Assembly: GCF_009914755.1 (NCBI RefSeq)
Contig: NC_060937.1
Strand: one strand, 5' to 3'
From: the human T2T-CHM13v2.0 reference genome, Homo sapiens
DNA length: 64,000 bases
Shown here: piece by piece, positions 45,252 to 58,965 of the stretch
Layout: every line of letters begins with the position of its first letter
How positions within the stretch are numbered: position 1 is the first letter of the stretch
Translations under genes and position numbers: made by a program
Notes under the pieces: generated by a model
What the model saw: the letters and a program-made list of their open reading frames with translations, nothing else
The model's database searches: none
Told to the model about the DNA's origin: nothing

Positions 45252-45549
45252 TGAGAAAGAGAGGTTGGCTAATAGGTACAAACATACAGTAAGATAGAAA
45301 GAATAAGTTCTAGTGTTCAATATCACAGTAGGGTGCTATAGTTAATAATAATTTATAGTACACTTTAAAATAGTTGGAAGAGAAGATCTGAAATGTTCCC
45401 AACACAAAAAATTGGTAAGTGTTTGAGGTGATGGATATTCTAAATGCTCTGATTTGATCATTACATATTGTATGCATGTATCAAAATATCACGTGTACTC
45501 CATAAATGTGTACAACTTTTATGTCTCTATAAAAATAAAATAAATAAAA
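45252..45549 (+). mobile_element. L1MA (MA4/5-like) 3' UTR fragment
   Basis: gagaggttggctaataggtacaaacatacag...tgtttgaggtgatggatatt...tataaaaataaaataaataaaa. Confidence 0.85.
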
Positions 45550-45624
45550 CCATGTGTAATTATTTTTAAAATGAGAAATTGTATTTCTAGAGCCCTGTGT
45601 TTCACTTCTGATTCCAGTGTTGAA

Positions 45625-45788
45625 ATTTTATTTATATATATGATATATATTTATAATTATATATTATATAATATATAATTTATATACATTATAGTTATAT
45701 ATAATTATATATATTTATATATAATATAATAAGTATATTATATTATATGATATATAATTATATATATAGATTTATAGAGATATGTATA
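45625..45788. repeat. (TA)n-rich low-complexity tract
   Basis: About 160 nt almost entirely A/T, built from tatataat/atatatt units. Confidence 0.92.
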
Positions 45789-45993
45789 AGATGTTTTCCC
45801 CTATCAATAGCAATAGAATTTATTGTCAATGAAATGCAATGTAGTACAAAAGATATGAGAACTAATTTTATAAGTCTGGAAATGAGTTAGAAAAGGGTTA
45901 AGAAAAAGGCCTATAAAATTATGGCTAGGTCAGCCTGAGCCAGTCTACTTACCATTTCTATAGCAGGAAAATTAGAGAATGCAAAATGAAATA
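45789..45993 (+). repeat. 205-bp direct repeat, copy 2 (inferred insertion)
   Basis: 94% identical to 44366-44570; abuts the TA tract. Confidence 0.95.
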
Positions 45994-46510
45994 CCATTTA
46001 ATATTTCATTAAATATATGTATGTATTTGTGGAGAATCTTCTATTTATCAGATTTTGTGTTATGTCCTGGGAACAAGATGGACTTTGTCCTTACCTTCAG
46101 GAAATACACAAAGAAGGGAACTAAAGCATAGTTCCAAAATATTACAAAGGGAGTGACTATGACAGGGCCTCCTTCTCCCATGTATGTGCTTCTTGGAGGC
46201 TACTTGACTGAGAAGAACTCTACTCTAACTAGGTAACAGGGGTGGGGACACTTACTGAACGAAGCTTTAGAGGCAAGAGAAAAAAGATATGATATGGAAA
46301 TTAAAAGAATATAATGTTTACAGTGTAGGCTGTGAAGTAGAGTGACAGAGCTGGAAAGAAAAGTGTTGACCAGACCATTCAGAGATTTGTAAGGGTTTTT
46401 AGATTTTATCCTAATAGCATTTTTTGATCTTATCCTAATGGCAAGTTTACTAATTTACTATTACAGTAGAAAATTTTAAGATAATGCGATAATGCTGTTA
46501 GAAAGAATGA

Positions 46511-47710
46511 CAATCATGTGTCACTTAAGGATGGGAATACATTCTGAGACATGTGGTTAGATGATTTTGTTGTTGTGCAAACATCACAGAGAGTACTCAC
46601 ACAAACTTAGATGGTATAGCCTACACCACACCTAGGCCATATGGCATGGGCTATAGCTGTATGGAATGGCCTACTGCTCCCAAGCTACAAACCTGTACAG
46701 CATGTTACCGTACAGAATACTGTAGGCAATTATAACACAGTGGTATTTGTGTATCTAAACAGAACAGGTACAGAAAAAATGATATAAAAGATAAAAAATG
46801 GTACATCTGTATAGGACACTTACCATAAATGAAGCTTGCAAAACTGGAGTTTCTCTGAGTGATTCAGTGAGTGTGTGGTGAGTAATATGAAGGCCTAGGA
46901 TGTTACCATATACTACTGCAGATTTTGTAAAGACTGTACACTTGGATTGCACCAAATGTATTTCTTCAATAATAAATTAAACTTAGCTTACTGTAATTTT
47001 TTACTTTATAAACTTTTTAGTTTTTAATGTTCTGATTATTTTATAGTAACACTTAGGTTAAAACATAAATGCATTGCACAGCTGTACAAAAATATTTTCT
47101 TTATACCCTTATACTATAACTTTTTTCTATTTTTAATTTTTTTAATTAACAATTTTAAACTATTTTGTTAAAAACTAAGATGCAAACACACACATGACTC
47201 TAGGCCTACACAGGGTCAGGATTATCAATATCACTATTTTCCAACTCCAGATTTTGTCCCACTGGGAAGTCTTCAGGGGCCATAACACTCATGGAGCTAT
47301 TATCTATGATAATGATGTCTTCCTCTGGAATTCCTCCTGAATTTGACTCCTGACTTGCCTGAGGCTGTTTTACAGTAACTTTTTTATGTAAGGAGAAAGA
47401 GTATACTCTAAAATAATAATAAAAGCTATGTTATAGCAAATGCATAAACCAGTAACATGGTCATTTATTATTATGTATTACTTACAGTACATAATTGTAT
47501 GTGTTATATTTTTATACAACTGGCAGCAGAGTCGGTTTGTTTACACCAGCATCACCAAAATCAAGTGAGTAATGCATTGTGCTATGATATTAGGATGGTT
47601 ACAAAGTCACTAGACAATAGGAATTTTTTTGCTTTATTATAATCTTATAAAACCACTGTAGTATATGCAATTTGTCATTGACTGAAATGTCATTAGGTAG
47701 CATATGACTG
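46511..47710 (+). mobile_element. Tigger3b (TcMar-Tigger) non-autonomous DNA transposon, near full length
   Basis: TIRs caatcatgtgtcacttaa / ttaggtagcatatgactg followed by TA; internal gctacaaacctgtacagcatgttac; 1.2 kb. Confidence 0.9.
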
Positions 47711-47961
47711 TACATTAAACAGAGGGAAAACTAGACAAGATAAATAAAATCTGAAATAGTAGTTATTCAAAAATATGTACCATACAGATTATGTGTTCTG
47801 ATGTTTAAATGAAAACAAAAATATATATGTTTGTAAATTTTATAATATACTAATTTCTCTTAGATAAAATAAGAAATCATAAATGAAAATCAGTAAGTAC
47901 TTATAACTGAATATAAATGTGAGTTACTACATATTAAAACTTATAAGATTTGGTTAAAACT

Positions 47962-48080
47962 TGTTTGAGGTGATGGATATTCAAATACTCTGATTTGATT
48001 ATTACATATTATATACATGTATTGAAATATCACATGTACCCCATAAATAAGTACAACTATTATGTACCAATAAAAATAAA
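47962..48080 (+). mobile_element. L1MA 3'-terminal fragment nested in the older L1
   Basis: tgtttgaggtgatggatattc...gtaccccataaataagtacaactattatgtaccaataaaaataaa. Confidence 0.75.
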
Positions 48081-49109
48081 TCTGTACTTAGAGAATGATT
48101 TTCATCCTTAAATAGTTTATGTTAGAAAATAAAAGCTGGAAATTCATCAAGAGTTATGAAAAAAATAAATTTAAATGAAGCAGGTAAAGAGATGACAAAT
48201 ATAAGGTATTAAAGTTAACAAAATAGAAAGCAGTTACAGGAAAGAGGATCTTTATGAAGCTCATTATATTGACACATTATCAGATAAAGTATTCAAGGAA
48301 AAACAGAAATTCACAAAAGCAATATTATGAGGCAAAAATACCTAATTACAAATAAGACCCCTCCCAGTACTATGAATAAATTTATTCAACTAAATTATGC
48401 TAATAAATTTTACCACTTGGAAAAAATGAATATCTTTAAAAAAAGTTACCAAATGAAACTGAATCAAGTGAAATTCAAAAATCTATATAGATTTGTATTC
48501 ACCAAAAATATTGACTCAATAGTGAAAAACCTTTCCACAGAGAAAATACCATCCCCCGATAGGCTGATAGGGCTTCCAAAACATTAAGAACATAAATAAT
48601 TCCAAATTTATACATTTTTGTGTAGTACATAAACAGAGATTTCTTTCCAACATATTTTTATACTAGTACAAACTTTATGCCAAAACAAAACAAGAAAACA
48701 TTCCAAAACATAAAAAGAAAAATTGCAGTCTACTTTGTTCAAAAATACTAATCAAAATATTAGTTAGCTTAATCCAGCAATGTATACTAAAAACCAATCT
48801 TGGCCAAGGAAGTTTAACACTAGTATTGCAAAGATGTTTTAATATTAGAAAAATGTATTGACATAATTAAACACATTAACATATGATAAGAGATACCCAT
48901 GTGATTAATCCCAGGAATAGAAGAAAAATTATTTTAAATGATCAAAATCATTTAAATAAATACTTAAAGCAAACTAAATATAGAAAAAAATTTTCTCATC
49001 ACCCTTTAAAAAAACAGCGGTACATACATAGTGTAAGCATACACTATATTCTATACAACCTATCCACTACAATAGTACTATGTACTATATAGTATATAAT
49101 ATATAGTAT

Positions 49110-49345
49110 AAGCCAGTACATGGAGCTGAACTGCCTTGCCTCAAATGGTGTCTCTGACATTAAGTGGCTATGTAACATTAGACAAATCATTGAATCTTTC
49201 TGCTTTCATTGTTTTGTCTATTTAAAGGAGATAATGGTAGAGATTAATTTATGGGACATTTTGATGATGATTATCATAAAAATAAATGCTTATATACAGG
49301 GGCCTGACATAAGTGAAATAAATATATTTGTGTTAACTATTATTT
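49110..49345 (+). mobile_element. MIR
   Basis: tggagctgaactgcc...gtaacattagacaaatcattgaatctttctgctttc. Confidence 0.6.
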
Positions 49346-49555
49346 TGAAATCTTAAATGTCCTTTTATTAAAGTCAGGCAAAAAGCAAGAATGTCTGCTG
49401 TTGTCATTTCTAATTCAGCATTTTACTGGTGGTCTTATCTCACAAAATATGGCTATGAGCATTGGAAAGAAAGCTCTTATTATTTGTATATTATATGATT
49501 GCCTACATAAAAAATCCAAGGGAATCTCAAAAAAATTGAACTAATAAAAAATCCT

Positions 49556-49853
49556 GGCTGGGCATGGTGGCTTATGCCTGTAATCTCAGCACTTTGGGAG
49601 GCTGAGGAGGGTGAATCATGAGGTCAGGAGTTTGAGACCAGCCTGGCCAAGATAGTGAAACCCCGTCTCTACTAAAAATACAAAAATTAGCTGGGTGTGG
49701 TGGTGGGTGCATGTAATCCCAGTTACTTGGGAGGCTGAGGCAGGAGAATTGCTTGAACCTGGGAGGCAGAGGTTGCAGTGAGCCGAGATCACTGCCACTC
49801 TAGCCTTAGCGACAGAGCAAGACTCAGTCTCAAAAAAAAAAAAAAAAAAAAAA
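49556..49853 (+). mobile_element. AluS (Sg-like) SINE
   Basis: atcatgaggtcaggagtttgagaccagcctggccaagat; poly(A); TSD aaaaaatcct / aaaaattcct. Confidence 0.92.
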
Positions 49854-50716
49854 TTCCTGTTTACTGAATGCAAAAGTACCATTCCAAAAAAAAAAATTGT
49901 TGCTAGATACATACAACTAGAAAATGTAGTTAAAAATAACTCAGGTGATAGCAACAAAAACTATTAGTTGTAGAGAAAAAAAGTATCTTTTACAGAGAAA
50001 ATTGTAAAACATTTAATGTGTAAAATTAAAAATTAGACTAATAAATTGTGGAGTATACTATGTTCATGGATGATTTAGTACATAAATCGTCACTTTAATA
50101 AATTGTGAGGTATACCATGTTCATTGATGATATAGTACCTATGTCCATCATTCTCAGTTTAATCTGTAAATCCATTGAATTCTACTCAAAATCCCAACAG
50201 TTTACCACAAAGATTGACTTTAGTGAACATAGAAGACAGATGCATCTATATACAATATGGAAATATATGGATAAAATAGGACTGACAATCCATGGTTGTA
50301 AAGACATAGTAACTAAAACAGTGTTATATTAGTCCAGGCAGATATATATTGACCAAGAGAACAGAACAAAAGCTTAAAAGGAGACCAACATATAAATGTG
50401 GAATTACTGTGTGACACTAAATATGGGGAAAAAAATCTGAACTATTTTTATGGCATTGGAGGAAAATAATAAATTTGTATTCCCATAAATAACATGTAAA
50501 AGATAATCTAACTGAGAAAAGATATCCAAATGTAAAAAAATATTACAGATGAGAAGAAAACATTTGCAGTGAATGTTAAAAGGATGATTCAAGAAATGCA
50601 TAAAGAATCTCTAAGTAAATAAAAAAAATAGCGAATTACCAAGTGAAAAAATAGACTAGAAATATTAAACAACAATTCACGGGAAAGGAAGCATAGAGGT
50701 CAATAAATACATACAG

Positions 50717-51012
<296 letters not shown>

Positions 51013-53385
51013 AATAAATACATACACAAAAACTCCTAGCCATGCTAAGAATCAGAATAATGCAAATTTAAATAAACATATACCGTTTCTTTCACATCAA
51101 ATTGGCAAAAGTTAAAATAGCCTGATAATGTCCTATTTGACAATGAGATGAAGAAATAGAAATTCATATCCAGAGGGCTTGAATGTAAACAAACATGATG
51201 ATACTGAGTTGAATATTCATGTGATGTAAAATTCAACAGCTTCACTTTTAGCTCTTTCATAAAGTCATCCAAATATGTAAAATAATGATATTTTAATAAT
51301 TGTTTTATAACATTAAAAAAAGTAAAAACAACCTGTCTATCAAAAGGGAGTGGAATATATAAAACATGGTTTGATTATACAATAAAATAAAAAGTAAAGG
51401 CATGAACTGGATCTCTATCATGGTAGAAACAAGTTACAGAACATTATACAGAAGGTACTTAACACTTAAGTAGAAATTTAAAACACAATAAATAACAGTA
51501 GAATGTTATTTATGGATAAATGTACATATAATAAATTATTAAAATATGCATTTGAGTCTAATACACTATGGATTAGTGCTTATGTATAAAGAGAATTTGA
51601 GAGGCAAAAGGTGATAGAGTGGGTCTTAAACTGAAAGGTTTTATATATTTCCTAAATCATAATTTGAATAAATTATTAAAAATATTAACACCTGTGCAAT
51701 TGAGTATTGAGAACCTGTTTTGATGTTTAGAATGTTTCATTTTGTTTTTAAAAATAATAAATTGATGTAAACTCTAGATCAGAAAGAGGAGTCGTAATAT
51801 TGGCAGTTTCTAAAGCGTCAAAAAGAAGGCTTTTTTTCCCCTGACTTCTAAAGCTCTTCTTTATGAATATGGTTTTGGCTATTCTGAAGACTTATAATAA
51901 GCTATCAGGTTATTTATAATCATTTGTGAATAGGTTTTATTGTTTTTAAAATTTTATACAGTGCCTAGATTAAGTGCCTCCACAAATGGATATTTTATAA
52001 CTATTTTGGATAATAATGTTGATGATATTGATTGCAATACTCATAAATTAATAGCCTAGAATTATAACTTCATGTCTATTGGCAGTGTAGAGGCTGACTA
52101 TAGATAACCTGTTAATAACATAACGTTGTAAAGTCTGAGTCAGAAACTTTCAAAATTTCTAATGAACATTAATTGAATGAACTGGCTGTATAAATGTTGA
52201 GACAAGTTCCATGCAGGTAGCTCAGAATACAGACCACTAATGTTTCAAAGAACTCTGAATTCTTGTGATGATGGCTATTTAAGAAAACTCTGGATGTGTT
52301 CTTTAGGTCCAACTTTAGTATACACATGGTTAAAAGGGAGAAACAAATGATCTCTATTCTGTTATGCAAACTCTGCAGATTTTGACTATTTTCTTTTTGT
52401 ATCATTCAGAAGAATTGATATCAATTTAAATGTTATAACTGCAAAAGAGAACTAAGAAAATCACAGCTCAATTATTCTTCTCACCTGCTTCACCAGTTTA
52501 TTTTCTGTAATGACAGTAAACTCAAAGACCTATTCTAAAAAGTTAACATTTCTTCTGTTTTCAAGTGCTCATAAACTGTGCATAGGAATTTATTTTCCAC
52601 AGTGGAGTTTACTATGATGTAAAGAATTGAGAAGGTTTTCAAAATAACTAGATTTCAACAAGACAACAAATGTAGGCAATTCATTAGGGAAGTTGATTGT
52701 AACAGTGAATGCAATACACTTAGGGAAGAGCAGCCTATTTGTTAATTTATCCAAACAGTACATCTGTGGATCAAATATTTATTAAAGAAACGATGGAGAG
52801 GTAGGTTTTCTTGAAAATATAATTTTCTGTATATTAGGAGAGTATCTTGTAAGATAGCACAAGCGATGAGAACTTGGTGAATAGAAGTATAAAGACCATA
52901 TTGCCAATGAAAATCAATCAACAGAGAACATAATATTTATAAAAATTTGATGATAACAAAGATGCAACTACAGCAACTGCCCTGTGATAATTAAGGGAAC
53001 AGATTATCAAGCACAACATAATGAATGCCTTGTTTTCCATCAGTTTTTATAAACAAACAATGATGGATCCATCATCCAAAATTAGCAAGAAACAGCATAT
53101 GATGCAATGAGGATTTAATTAAAATAGGCAGAGTAAATGGATGCAGCAAAAAAAAAGAATGCTGAACATAAAATAATATTCTAGCAAAATATTTTGAAAT
53201 AAAAATATTGGAGCAGATTTTATATATAAGATACTATATATAAAATAGTAGTATTTTAGTAGTATATAAGATACTGTTTAACAAGCAAATAAATTGAAAC
53301 CAAGGTGTTTCAATTATTACCATTACAGATTTCACATTTAAGTTTGAATAAAAACAATACAATTATAAGAATAATTCGCATTTAA

Positions 53386-53778
<393 letters not shown>

Positions 53779-53843
53779 TGAGTTGGTCTTTTAATATCAG
53801 ACTATGTTCAAAGTATGAAGATACATTTTGGGAAAATAATATC

Positions 53844-54207
53844 TGATATGGTTTGGCTCTCTGTACCCTCCCAAATCTCATCTTGAATTGTAATCTCCAT
53901 GCTTTGAGGGGGAAACCTAGAGAGAGGTGATTGGATCATGGGGTAGTTCCCCCCATGCTGTTCTCATGACTGTAAGTGAGTTCTCATGAGATCTGATTTT
54001 TTAAAAGTGTGGCACTTCCTCTCTCTCTCTCTTCTCCTCTGCTGCCATTTTAAGTATGCCTTGCTTCCCCTTTGTCTTTCACCATGATTATAAGTTTCCT
54101 GAGGCCTTCCCAGCCATGTGGAACTGTGAGTCAATTAAACCTCTCCCCTTAATAAATTACCCTGTCTCAGATAGTTCTGTAGAGCTGTGTAAAAACAGAC
54201 TAATACA
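53844..54207 (+). mobile_element. THE1 (THE1D-like) MaLR 5' LTR
   Basis: tgatatggtttggctct...gaactgtgagtcaattaaacctc...acagactaataca. Confidence 0.92.
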
Positions 54208-55132
54208 GAAAATCAGTATTGGGATAGTGGGATACCTCTAAAAAGATAACCAGAAAATTTGGAGGCGACTTTGGAACTGGGTAATGGGCAGAGGTTGGAA
54301 CAGTTTGGAGGCCTCAGATGAAGACAGAAAAATATAGGAAAGTTTGGAACTCCCTAGAGACTTGTTGAATGGCTTTAACCAAATTTCGAATAGTGATATG
54401 AACAATGAAATCTAGGCTGAGGTGGTCTCAGATGAAGATGAAAAATTTATTGGGAACCAGAGCAAGGGTCACTCTTGCTATGCTTTAGCAAATAAACTGG
54501 TGCCATTTTGTCCCTGTTCTGGAGATCTGTGGAACTTTGAACTTGAGAGAGATGATCTAGGGTATCTGGCAGAAGAAATTTCTAAGCAGCAAAGCATTCA
54601 AGAGGTAATTTGGCTTTTTCTAAAAAGTGTATAGTCATATGTATTCACAAAGATATGATATGAAACTGGAACTTACATTTAAAAGGGAAGCATAACATAA
54701 AAGTTTGGAAAATTTGTAGCCTGACCATGTGGTAGAAATGAAAAACTCACTTTTTGGGGAGAAATTCAAACTGGCTGCAGAAATTTGCATAATAAATAAC
54801 AAGGAGCCAAATGTTAATAGCCAAGACAATGGGGAAAATGTCTCCAGGGCATTTCAGAGATCTTCATGGCAGCCTCTCCCATCACAGGCCCAGAGGCCTT
54901 GGAGGGAAAAATGATTTTGTGGACTGGGCCCAGAACCTTGCTGCTTTGCGCAGCCTTGGGACATGGCACCCTACAAACAAGCTGCTCCAGCTCCAGCCTT
55001 GGCTAAAAGGGGCCAATGTAGAGTTGGGCTATGGTTTCAGAGGGTGCAAGCCCCAAGCCTTGGTGGCTTCCATGTGGTGTTGGGCCTGCAGCTATGCAGA
55101 ATACAAAAGTTGAGCTTTGGGAGCCTCTCCCT
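54208..55132 (+). mobile_element. THE1/MST internal region, 3'-truncated
   Basis: gcgactttggaactgggtaatgggcagaggttggaacagtttggagg...gggtgcaagccccaagccttgg; stops abruptly at the L1. Confidence 0.9.
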
Positions 55133-57368
55133 GGGGTTTGTCATTGATGGTTCTTATTATTTTGAGGTATGTTCCCTCAATACCTAGTTTGTTGACACTT
55201 TTTAACGTGAGGAATGTTGAATTTTATTGAAGGACTTTTCTGCTTCTATTGAGATAATCATGTAGGTTTTGTCTTTAATTCTGTTTATGTAGTGAATCAC
55301 ATTTATTAATTTGCATATATTTAACCAGCCTTGTATCATGGGGATGAAGCCTACTGGATCATGGTGGATAAGCTTTCTCATATGTTACTGGATTTGGTTT
55401 GCCAGTATTTTGTTGAGAATTTTTGCATTGATGTTCATCAGGGATACTGGCTTGAAGTTTCCTTTTTTTGTTGTATCTCTGCCAGGTTTTGGTATCAGGA
55501 TGATGCTGGCCTCAAAGAATGGTTTAGGGAGTAGTTGCTCCTTTTCAATTTTTGGAATAGTTTCTGTACCAGCTCATACTATGGAATAGTATGGTACCAG
55601 CTATTCTTTGTACCTCTGGTAGAATTCAGCTACGGATCCATCTGGCCCTGGTTTTTTTTTTTTTTTTTTTTTGGTTGGTATGCTATTTATTATGGCCTCA
55701 ATTTCAGAACTCATTAGTCTATTCAGCGATTCAACTTCTTCCTCATTCAGTTGTGGAAAGGTGTATGTGTTCAGAAATTTATCTGTTTCTTCTAGATTTT
55801 CTAATTTATTTGCATGGAGGTGTTTATAGTATTTTTCCAATAGTTGTTATTTCTGTGGGGTCAGTGTTGATATCCCTTTTATCATTTTTTATTGTGTCCA
55901 TTTGATTCTTCTCTCTACTAGTCTAGCTAGTGGCCTATCTATTAAAAAAAACAGCTCATGGATTTGTTGATTTTTTGAGAGTTTTTTCATGTCTGTCTCC
56001 TTCAGTTCCGTTCTGATCCTGGTTATTTCTTCTCTTTTGGTAACTTTGGGGTTTGTTTGCTCTTGGTTCTCTAATTCTTCTTGTTGTGATGTTAGGTTGT
56101 TAACTTGAGATCTTTTAGCTTTTGGAGTGGGCATTTAGTGCTATAAATTTCCCTCTGCATTAGCTGCATCCAAGAGATACTGGTACATTGTATCTCTGTT
56201 TTTATTAGTTTCACAGAACTTCTTGATCTATATCTTAATCTCATTATTTACCTAAGTCATTCAGGAGCAGTTCATTCAATTTCCATGTAGCTGTGTAATT
56301 GTGACTTAATTTCTTAATCCTGAGTTTGAATTTGATTGTACTGGGGTATGAGAGACTGTTATGATTTCAGTTTTTTTGCATTGGCTGAGGAGCATTTTAC
56401 TTCTGATTGTGTGATCAATTTTAAAGTAAGTGTCATGTGGCAATGAGAATAATGTATATTCTGTTGTTTTTGGGTTGAGAGTCTGTGGATATCTCTCAGA
56501 TGTACTTGATCCAGAGCTGAGTTCAGGTCCAAAATATCTTTGTTAATTTTCTATCTCAATGATCTGTCTAATATTGTCAGTAGGATGTTAAAGTCACCCA
56601 CTATTATTGTGTGGGAATCAATGTCTCTTTAAAGGTCTCTACAAACTTGCTTTATGAATCTGGGTGCTCCTGTATTGAATACATATATATTTAGGATAGT
56701 TAGTGCTTCTGTTAGAATTGAATCCTTTACCATTATATAATGTCCTTCTTTTTCTTTTTTCATCTTGTTTGGTTTAAGGTCTGTTTTGTCAGAAACTAAG
56801 ATTGCAACCCATGATTTTTTTTTTTTTGCTTGTTAGATGATTTTCCATATTTTGAACCTATTTGTGTCTTTGCACATGAGATGGGTCTCTTGAAGACAGC
56901 ATACCAATGAGTCTTGGTCTTTTATCCAACTTGCCATTCTGTGTCTTTTAATTGGAGCATTTAGCCCACTTACTTAGTATTGTTATGTGTGGATTTGATC
57001 CTGTCATCATGATGCTAGCTGGTTATTTTGCAGACATTTTTATGTGGTTGCTTCATATTGTCACTGGTCTGTGTACTTCAGTGTGTTTTTGTAATGGCTG
57101 GTAAGGGTTTTTCCTTTCCGTATTTGGTGCTTCCTTCAGGAGCTCTTGTAAGGCAAGTCTGATGGTGATGAATTTTCTCAGCATTTGCTTTTCTGAAAAG
57201 GATCTTATTTCTCCTTCTTTTATGAAGTTAGTTTGAGCGGATATAAAATTCTGGGTTGAAATTTGTTTTAAGAATGACTAATGTTGGTGCCTAATCTCTT
57301 CTGGGTTATAGGGTTTCTGCTGAGAGGTCTGCTGTTAGTCTGATGGGCTTCCCTTTGTAGGTGACCTG
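55133..57368 (-). mobile_element. Older L1P (PA13-16/PB-like) internal fragment: ORF1 end, EN and RT start
   Basis: ORF track [23 protein letters not shown]...[16 protein letters not shown] and QEELENQEQTNPK on minus; ends in ORF1-like tgatgggcttccctttgtaggtgacctg. Confidence 0.9.
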
Positions 57369-58569
57369 TTATTCTTTGCAAATATTCAGGGCATGAGAAG
57401 AATGAAATTTGGTCTGAGAACTGGATGAAACATGATTATCTAAAAGGAATAGATTTTGTTTAGTTGGTATACATGAAAGAAGATAGGGCATCTAGGCTTT
57501 GATGAAATTACATTTCAAAAGGGATGGAGAAATACATAGAGGAGAAGACCCAATGAAGTACGTTTTGCATAGAATAGTGGGGCTCAGAAAGTCAGTTTCT
57601 ACTCCCAGTTCAGACAGTGATATTTTTTATTTCACTTTCTCTGCTCTTAGCCACACACTGCTCTTTTGTAGACTGAGGAGCCTACCATGTGGACTGTCAG
57701 ATTACATCTATTCCTGCTCTTTGCTAGAACGTTTAAGGAACTTTATGCTTTGTCCTGATTTTGTGATCTTGGTTTATGTCATCATTTTTTTATGCATTCA
57801 TTCTCTACCTATATTTACCTTTGCTCTTTGGTTTGTTTTTTATTTACTTGTCTTGTGAATTGATTTGGAAAGTAGGCATTTTAAAATTTTAACAATTTTT
57901 CATAACTTATATAACAAATATTTAATACAGCAGCCCTTCAGAGATAGTTCATTATAAAATTCAAGAATAAAATGGCACCTTTTGACATTTATTTTTTATG
58001 CACTCTTTATTTCCTTCTTAGTAGCTTTTCAATCTTTCATAATAGAACATGAGTTTGTGAATACGTTTGTGATATCATTTTTCTAAATAAATGTCTCTTT
58101 TTACCACAGTGTCCTTTATTTGATTGACAGCTATACCATATATTTTAAATGATGATAATAACTGTCAATATTTTTCTCTCATTTTGTTCTCTTATTTGTG
58201 ATTTCTTGCTCAGCTGAATTTCTCTTTTCCTCCAAGAATTGTGAGCATTTAATTGATTTAGTACATGTGAATGCCTTTCATTTACTTTCACCAAAAATTA
58301 TAAACTGTGTAAAGCCTATTGTGTTGCTATAGTTTTCATGAAATATTTGTAGACATTATCACTACCTTCTGGCCTTTAGTATTGCAATAGAAGAACATGA
58401 GATCAAACATGGTTTTGATTTTTTTGTAACCTATTTTTTTTGCCCTCATATACCTGTGAGTTTAAAAAAAATATTTATAATTCAAAATTTTGCTTGGATT
58501 ATAGAAATCACACTGCCTTAATTTTGGCTGGAATATAACTCCTCTTACACCACAATATCCCCTCCTCCA

Positions 58570-58965
58570 TATTTTAATTTAGAAATACAAAATTTAAACA
58601 GTGGAAAGAACAAAACAGAACACCTATATGCCTTACACATATTTTCCAGATTGTTACCGTTGCCACATTGGCTTCATCTTTCTCTATCCCTCCCTTTCTG
58701 TCTATGTGTTCTTATATATGGATATATATGCACATTTATGTGTGTGTGTCCATGTGCACATACACGCTTATGTATATTGGCTCAATATACATAAGGCTCA
58801 ATAAGTTGCAAGTAAGTTGCAGACATTATGGAATTTTATCCATAAGCATTTTGAGTACATTTTATAAGAATAATGACATTTTCTGATATAACTATAATAT
58901 CATTAGCACATATAACAAAGTTAATATTAATTTAATAATTTAAAATATGCTACATATATTTTCTC
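58570..58965 (-). mobile_element. L1MC4/5-like 3' end fragment within decayed L1ME sequence
   Basis: gtaagttgcagacattatg...aagaataatgacattttctgatataactataatatcatt. Confidence 0.6.

Noticed and set aside
45420-48080. Similar L1MA 3' ends at 45420-45549 and 47962-48080 as another local duplication
   Set aside because: Similarity is limited to the shared L1MA 3' terminus and each ends in its own A-tail; independent insertions are the simpler explanation
54422-55187. Several overlapping ORFs
   Set aside because: Derived from decayed THE1/MST internal sequence
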